A stretch of DNA of 64,000 bases from Azolla caroliniana (lineage: Eukaryota; Plantae; Polypodiophyta): positions 15,438,001 through 15,502,000 of the forward strand of contig JBHGNT010000013.1 in NCBI GenBank assembly GCA_043228905.1, in the 5' to 3' direction. The notes beneath the pieces were generated by a model. The model was not told the origin of the DNA, searched no databases, and saw only the letters and a program-made list of their open reading frames with translations. The first letter of the stretch is position 1; every line of letters starts with the position of its first letter. Made by a program: the position numbers and the translations under genes. This document shows, in pieces, positions 57,837 to 64,000 of this stretch.

Positions 57837-60800
57837 TGTCGTAGTGTATTTCGTACACTACGTGAAAAAGTAAAAATAATATAACCGATTTAATTACATA
57901 GCCTGTACCTCCACGTAGCCAAACCTCAACTTTACCATTATGCTACCTTATCTTTAGTGTTCTACAAATAGATTTAATAACTATAAGTGCTTTATTTGCA
58001 CCTACCTTTATTAAAAGGTAAATCGTGCATTTTTAGAGTGCGTGAATATTTTATAGAAAAACGCAAGCAACTAAAAAAGTGACTCATGCACATCTAGCGT
58101 GCATGAGCACTATATTTAGCAAATAAAAGCAAGGATTAGAAAAGCATCACATGCACATTTAGTGTGCATGAACATATTAGAAAAAAAGCATGTAGCTATG
58201 CTTAGTCTCTCCCATCACTACATAAGGATGGGGAGCACAATGTAATAGGTGTGAAAAATATTTGGAAACTGGATATGTTTCTAAAAAACACCAATTAATA
58301 AACTATACTCGTGGGATTCACGAGAATTCTATATCATTCTCTTTCAACCGAAGTTTATATTCTTATATTCATATTGATTAATCTAATACAATACACTCGT
58401 GGGATTCACGAGTTTGCTATAACTCTTTCTTACAACATATTTATATTCTTATTAGCCTTAAAACTCTCCTCTTCCTAGTCCAAAACCCCAGTGGTTCCCA
58501 CCCGACTCACGCAACGATCCGGAGCCGAAAGGCACGACACAGTTGGTGAACCCGACGTGAAGACGGGTGGCAAGGAGATGGAGAATCAACAAGAGGCAAT
58601 GAGCATAACGATGATGATGATGTTCGAGCAGATGCTACAAGAACAACGAGTGATGTCGGAGATCACGGCGGCAGTAGAGCGGCTTGTGCGACGAAATGGG
58701 GAATTCAACGGAAATGATGTGTCACGCTATCTACGTGACTACAAAGGGGAGATGATGCGATGTGGGATACCGGAAGGATTGCAAGTGATATCCTTCAGTC
58801 GGGTAGCCACGGATGAGTTACAAGAAAGAATCTACAAGATACGGCAACAAAATCCAACATGGGGGTCCTTTGAAGAAGCTTTACGAGAGGCATATGACTA
58901 CAAGAGATCGAAGGGACGAGATCGACGCGAGTTTGACGAATGGGTGGCATCGGAGAAGACCCACCGAAGTGCAACACAAGCATTCCTAGAGTTCGAGAAT
59001 CGTTTTGCTCGACTCTCGGAGCGGGAACAACGATTGGTGGGAGAGGATAAAGTCCTAATGTTCATAAAATCGATCGATCGAAAAGAAAGGATGGACATCG
59101 GGATCGAACTCGAAGACGATGAAGGTACGAATGGTCTTACCGAAGATTGGGCCAAAGTCCAAAGGGTATGCCGGAGACATGATGAGAGGAAGATGAGAAT
59201 CTTGTCAACGACATGGCCGATGAAGGATGGTCGATTGAAGACAAACGATGGAGCCAATATGAAGGCCGAAATACAACATGATGGTCCGACGGAAGAGGGT
59301 GTAAAACAAGCTACCCTCTTGTCTTGCGAAAGAACAACGACAAAGGATAAGGCCGATAACCCAAGTGTAGAAGAAGATTTCGGAATACAAGTGTCCGAAA
59401 CATCGGGTGAAAAAGGGGTAAGCATAATTGATGCAGTGAAAGAGAGCAAAGAGGACTTGATTGAGGAGGTCGCCACGAAAGATGACATCGAATCGAAGGT
59501 GGCTATGGACGAATCAACGACGGATGGCCATATCGAGACTTCCCCACCACTGATTCTAGAGACTCCGGCGGTTGCGTTCGAAAGGCAACGTGAGACCGAA
59601 GAGACGGAAGGTGGCGGAGAGAAAACAAAGGTCGAAGTCGATGCATACGACGGAGAGATAGCCGAGAATATGGCTATGGGTGAAACAATGGAGGATGATA
59701 ATACCGAGGATTCCTACCCACTAATTCTAGAGACTTCGGCAGTTGTGTCCGAGAACCAACGTGAGACCGGAGAGACGGGAGGTGGCAGCAAGAAAGGTAA
59801 AGTCGGAAGCCGGTTTGGATGGAAGGTGATCCAGACGGGATTCCGATCCGAAAGAAAGCCGACCCGAAAAGGGGTCGACTCGGTCAAAACCGATCGACTG
59901 AGTCTGACTTGGCCGAACGCGAATATGGATGGAAGCCGACCTAGCCGAAAGCCGATCGGACGAGACCGATCCGGAAAGAAGCTAATCCGACTCAACCGAA
60001 GGTTGGACCGGTCGAGGCTGGTGAAAACGAGGAAAAGAAAGCCAACCGAAACCGAAACCGATAGATCGAAACCGGGCCGGAAGGAGACCGACTCAATCGA
60101 AACCGAACAACCGATTCCGATTCGGCCGAATACGAATCCGATCGGAAGCCGATCAAACCGAAAGTTGATCGGACAAGAGCGATCTGGAAAAAAGTCAAGG
60201 TTGATGAAGACAAGAAAGAGGCCAGTAAAAGACACTACCACGAATGACAAGGGCCAAGAATATGACGAGAGAGAACAAAGAATATGGTGGATCGGATGGC
60301 GACAATGGTTCGGGTGGAAAGAATGGGTCTACTCAAAATGGAGAGACAAAGTTGACATAGCGGGACAAACGGAGGATGAAGGGGAGACAACGAGCATCGG
60401 CAACTTCGGCACATACCGGAGGATGTGCGGGTTCGGAGGGGGCGAGTGTCGTAGTGTATTTCGTACACTACGTGAAAAAGTAAAAATAATATAACCGATT
60501 TAATTACATATAAATAAATAAAATAATATATCAAAATATTTATCACGTGCATAGGGCAAGATTCGAACCCTATACCTCCACGTAGCCAAACCTCAACTTT
60601 ACCATTATGCTACCTTATCTTTAGTGTTCTACAAATAGATTTAATAACTATAAGTGCTTTATTTGCACCTACCTTTATTAAAAGGTAAATCGTGCATTTT
60701 TAGAGTGCGTGAATATTTTATAGAAAAACGCAAGCAACTAAAAAAGTGACTCATGCACATCTAGCGTGCATGAGCACTATATTTAGCAAATAAAAGCAAG

Positions 60801-61206
60801 GATTAGAAAAGCATCACATGCACATTTAGTGTGCATGAACATATTAGAAAAAAAGCATATAGCTATGCTTAGTCTCTCCCATCACTACATAAGGATGGGG
60901 AGCACAATGTAATAGGTGTGAAAAATATTTGGAAACTGGATATGTTTCTAAAAAACACCAATTAATAAACTATACTCGTGGGATTCACGAGAATTCTATA
61001 TCATTCTCTTTCAACCGAAGTTTATATTCTTATATTCATATTGATTAATCTAATACAATACACTCGTGGGATTCACGAGTTTGCTATAACTCTTTCTTAC
61101 AACATATTTATATTCTTATTAGCCTTAAAACTCTCCTCTTCCTAGTCCAAAACCCCAGTGGTTCCCACCCGACTCACGCAACGATCCGGAGCCGAAAGGC
61201 ACGACA
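57837..61206 (+). mobile_element. Non-autonomous Trp-primed LTR element I. LTRs 57837-58539 and 60447-61206
   Basis: TSD ACGT, PBS TGGTGAACCCGACGTGAA at 58544-58561, PPT GGAGGGGGCGAG. LTRs are near-identical apart from a ~57 bp deletion in the 5' LTR. Confidence 0.95.
58578..60494 (+). CDS. Intact 638 aa gag-like protein with acidic then basic low-complexity tail
   Basis: Uninterrupted ORF from just after the PBS into the 3' LTR. FNGNDVSRYL..W..FEEAL is capsid-like and homologous to the ORFs of A, C and F. Confidence 0.75.
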   Translation: MENQQEAMSITMMMMFEQMLQEQRVMSEITAAVERLVRRNGEFNGNDVSRYLRDYKGEMMRCGIPEGLQVISFSRVATDELQERIYKIRQQNPTWGSFEEALREAYDYKRSKGRDRREFDEWVASEKTHRSATQAFLEFENRFARLSEREQRLVGEDKVLMFIKSIDRKERMDIGIELEDDEGTNGLTEDWAKVQRVCRRHDERKMRILSTTWPMKDGRLKTNDGANMKAEIQHDGPTEEGVKQATLLSCERTTTKDKADNPSVEEDFGIQVSETSGEKGVSIIDAVKESKEDLIEEVATKDDIESKVAMDESTTDGHIETSPPLILETPAVAFERQRETEETEGGGEKTKVEVDAYDGEIAENMAMGETMEDDNTEDSYPLILETSAVVSENQRETGETGGGSKKGKVGSRFGWKVIQTGFRSERKPTRKGVDSVKTDRLSLTWPNANMDGSRPSRKPIGRDRSGKKLIRLNRRLDRSRLVKTRKRKPTETETDRSKPGRKETDSIETEQPIPIRPNTNPIGSRSNRKLIGQERSGKKSRLMKTRKRPVKDTTTNDKGQEYDEREQRIWWIGWRQWFGWKEWVYSKWRDKVDIAGQTEDEGETTSIGNFGTYRRMCGFGGGECRSVFRTLREKVKII

Positions 61207-61432
61207 ACGTTTAGGGTATGGGCCTTTCACACTCCGATGTCCTTTAGCCCTCTTTCCTCTTGTCATTCCCTCTTCGTAGGTCATTTAACCATACGGTGTC
61301 CTTGTTGATGCGCTCTTCTTCACAACTGGTCGTGGTGTTATCCAAGGGCTTAACATCCCCCCAGACCTAATGTGTGCACACTCCCAGGTGCACTATGGGA
61401 GGGGATCTTTGGGTGGTAGTTCTATGGGGCAT

Positions 61433-63841
61433 TCAGACTCTTAGTTGCCAAGTCCGGTCGGGGCTTATGGCCTTAACCTGGGCGGGGTATTTGGTCGATG
61501 TGCGCAGTTGTCGAGTGTCCCGTGCAGTCGTGGTATAGTCGTGGGTGGGAAGCCGGCTTCGTTTCGGGACCGAGAAGCTAGTGGCACCTTTGTGCCAACC
61601 TTGGGCGTTTGTGAGTGCTTTTCTGACTCGCCAAATAGCACGTTCTCCACGGTGTGGTCCTTCGGTGAAAGTTGCGTGGACGTTCACCCATTTGCGTGGC
61701 GGAGATGTCTTTGTTCCGATGTTAGCGTTTCTCTGGTCGTGGGTGGCCGGTGGTTGTGCGCGTTCTTTTTGGTTGGGTGGGTTCGCGCTCTCGAGTTTGT
61801 CGACATCGGCGGGGCGTGATTCGAGAGTTGTTGTAACAAGTTTCTTGGACCTCACACCATTTGCAGTTTGGAAGGAGACGATGTTCTTGCTTGGCGACAA
61901 GAGACATTTGCTTATGTGACACCAATCCAAACCCAGGAGGCATGGGGTGTACAACACTTTTGGTGGGAGGACCCAAACGCGAATTGAGTGGTCACTATAT
62001 TTTGTCTTGATGTTACACACGAAGGTTCCGAGGCAGGGCGATGTAGAACAATTGAAGCCAAGGAATTTATCGTTGCATACTTCGAGGTTTGGGGAACCTA
62101 GATGTTCCCACGTTTTGAAGGAGAAAAGGGTTAGTGATGCTCTAGTGTCGATCACCGTTGTTAGAGGTACACTGTCGGTGAAGCATGGTAGGTGTGTCGT
62201 CACGTCAATAGAGGTGCGTTGTGGTCTCTTACAAGCCACCGCCCTACTCCCCTGTTCATAGAGTTTGAATTGTTCCAGGAAGTCCACCTCTATCGAGGTC
62301 TGCTGAGTGGTCGCATCCTCTTCCTGGCATGTGATTCGTTGCACTAGGCCTGTGTCTCTTACGTCTACCTGTTTTCGTCGGGTTACGAGAGTGGTGACAT
62401 TAAAACACGAGATCGTGTCTCCATCCTCATCGCGACACTTTGTACCAATAGGGTACATTGCATCGGTCGTGGCAAGGGCGTGCACCCAATTCATCTCTGA
62501 CGCATCAGAGGCTACGGATTGATCCTCTCTTTCTCCTGCATTCTCCGCCTTAGGATTAGTGGATTTTTGAGGAAACGGCTGACCGCAAGCCAAGATTTGG
62601 ACTATCTTTGTAGGGTTACACGCTAGGAGGTTAGTCTTGAACTCGATGGTTTCTGCCCAGTCGTCCACGAGAGGGTTGCCTTCTTGTTCGTGCACCTTTT
62701 GTGTGTATGCTTTGATGCGGAAGGTTTTGTTGTTTTTGCGCATGTAGATTGTATCATTCCCAAAATCCATGACGAGGCGGCTTACACGTAGGAATGGTCT
62801 CCCTAGTAAACACTCGTAAGCCACATGATTGGATGATCTTGTGACGACAAAGGTGAGATTGAACTCGACCCCATGGATAGTGAAGTGGTGTGCAGGGATC
62901 ATGCCTTCTGGCCGTTGGATAGACCCATCTGCCATTCGGAGTTTGACGTCCGAGGGAAACATTTTTGGGCTCCCCCACTTACACCAACCTTCGTAGCTGA
63001 CTATGCTTACCCCCGCTCCAATGTCGATGATCGCGTCACACGTCATGCCGTTGAAGCAAACGGGGAGAGTGAAACTAGTGTCGTCACTCTCGAAATGAGC
63101 TTCGCATATATCGACCGGCGTTCCTTGGGGTTGTTTGGAGATTGTGGTCGTATGAGGGATGAGTGTGTCTATCTTTTCTCCATAACCCGCTAACAGGCCT
63201 CCATTGAGGCGCCGATGGACGTCGTGCCATGGTTGGATGTCGAGTTGGAGTAGCTCTTCAAGTGTGAACTCTATTTCCTTGGCGAGTATAGGTTGTAGTT
63301 GGGGGTTGTCAGTAACGAAGGTGCCGGTGTAGCTCTGTACTTCGCGTAATGTGAGTCGTAATTTCAAATTTAATATTTGTTGGAGCAAGACTGTGTTGAC
63401 TTCTTTGATTGGGGTAGATTGGGAGATGGGAGTGTCGGTTGGTGTTACGACGAGGGGGGGTGTACCCGTGTGTTGGGGTGCAGGATTTACCCATTCTTCG
63501 AGTTGGTCGAAGTTTAGGCTCGGAAGACTAAGCGATCTTTCGCACTGTTCGTGTCGAATGAGTTTGATGTACTCTTCGACCTTTTGTTTTTCAGCTACTG
63601 GGTTTGGGTATGCTGCTAGGTGTGCCGGCAGCTCTTGGTTAGGGTTGACGGGTATTGTTTCTACGTCTCCCTCTAGTTCTTGTTCTTGCTTTGAGGCCTG
63701 TGTGGATGCATTTTTTTTGGATTTTCTTCTCTTACGCGTAGTCGTGGGGAGGCCTTGGTCGTGAGACTTTAAGTTATGAGCTATTCTTTGAGCTCGTGTG
63801 ATGACGTTGGCGCCAACCATTGATGGTACGATAGATAACAA
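61433..63841 (-). CDS. Retrotransposon ORF with two tandem retropepsin-like domains, no RT or INT
   Basis: AIIDIGAGVSIVS..CLLGRPFL and TVIDTRASLTLFS..CLLGLDW. 802 open codons. Zinc-knuckle remnant CGKDH upstream. Confidence 0.75.
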   Translation of the reverse strand: MLSIVPSMVGANVITRAQRIAHNLKSHDQGLPTTTRKRRKSKKNASTQASKQEQELEGDVETIPVNPNQELPAHLAAYPNPVAEKQKVEEYIKLIRHEQCERSLSLPSLNFDQLEEWVNPAPQHTGTPPLVVTPTDTPISQSTPIKEVNTVLLQQILNLKLRLTLREVQSYTGTFVTDNPQLQPILAKEIEFTLEELLQLDIQPWHDVHRRLNGGLLAGYGEKIDTLIPHTTTISKQPQGTPVDICEAHFESDDTSFTLPVCFNGMTCDAIIDIGAGVSIVSYEGWCKWGSPKMFPSDVKLRMADGSIQRPEGMIPAHHFTIHGVEFNLTFVVTRSSNHVAYECLLGRPFLRVSRLVMDFGNDTIYMRKNNKTFRIKAYTQKVHEQEGNPLVDDWAETIEFKTNLLACNPTKIVQILACGQPFPQKSTNPKAENAGEREDQSVASDASEMNWVHALATTDAMYPIGTKCRDEDGDTISCFNVTTLVTRRKQVDVRDTGLVQRITCQEEDATTQQTSIEVDFLEQFKLYEQGSRAVACKRPQRTSIDVTTHLPCFTDSVPLTTVIDTRASLTLFSFKTWEHLGSPNLEVCNDKFLGFNCSTSPCLGTFVCNIKTKYSDHSIRVWVLPPKVLYTPCLLGLDWCHISKCLLSPSKNIVSFQTANGVRSKKLVTTTLESRPADVDKLESANPPNQKERAQPPATHDQRNANIGTKTSPPRKWVNVHATFTEGPHRGERAIWRVRKALTNAQGWHKGATSFSVPKRSRLPTHDYTTTARDTRQLRTSTKYPAQVKAISPDRTWQLRV

Positions 63842-64000
63842 GTTTGCGCCAATCCTTTTCTTTTTTTCTGGGGAATCGGGTACTAAGTGATCTTTACCAC
63901 ACCCTACTTTCAGGCATGTTCTTGTTCTTGCTTTGAGGCCTGTGTGGATGCATTTTTTTTGGATTTTCGTCTCTTATGCGTAGTCGTGGGGAGGCCTTGG

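Larger units (their letters stand above)
57400..64000 (-). mobile_element. LTR element J, 3' part. 3' LTR 57400-61355, split by element I
   Basis: TGTTAAG..CTTAACA termini, PPT TGGGGGGA at 61356-61363. The internal ORF runs toward the PPT. Confidence 0.75.

Overview
Repeat-rich land-plant nuclear DNA, most likely a fern or other non-seed plant (inferred from the TE lineages). The only host gene is a family-3 aldehyde dehydrogenase on the minus strand (9 exons visible, 480-6360, 3' end off the left edge). The rest is nested transposons. The main result is a TIR-bounded DNA transposon (11393-34960, about 7.9 kb once a 15.7 kb nested insertion is removed). It has a Sola-like DDD transposase on the + strand. 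On the - strand it carries a divergently oriented, spliced 5-exon gene fusing a ParB/Srx-like domain to a bacterial-type beta-class N4-cytosine/N6-adenine DNA methyltransferase. Both genes are pseudogenised in this copy. Also present: a chromovirus Gypsy with TG..AA LTR ends; a rearranged derivative of it with inverted U3 termini; several tRNA-Trp-primed gag-only LTR elements whose 4-bp TSDs are all NCGN; a self-priming Tf1/Tcn1-like Gypsy with a -1 frameshift signal; a young, near-intact Copia; an element with tandem protease domains; and decayed Copia and LINE fragments. All domain calls come from motifs read by eye and need HMM or structure confirmation.
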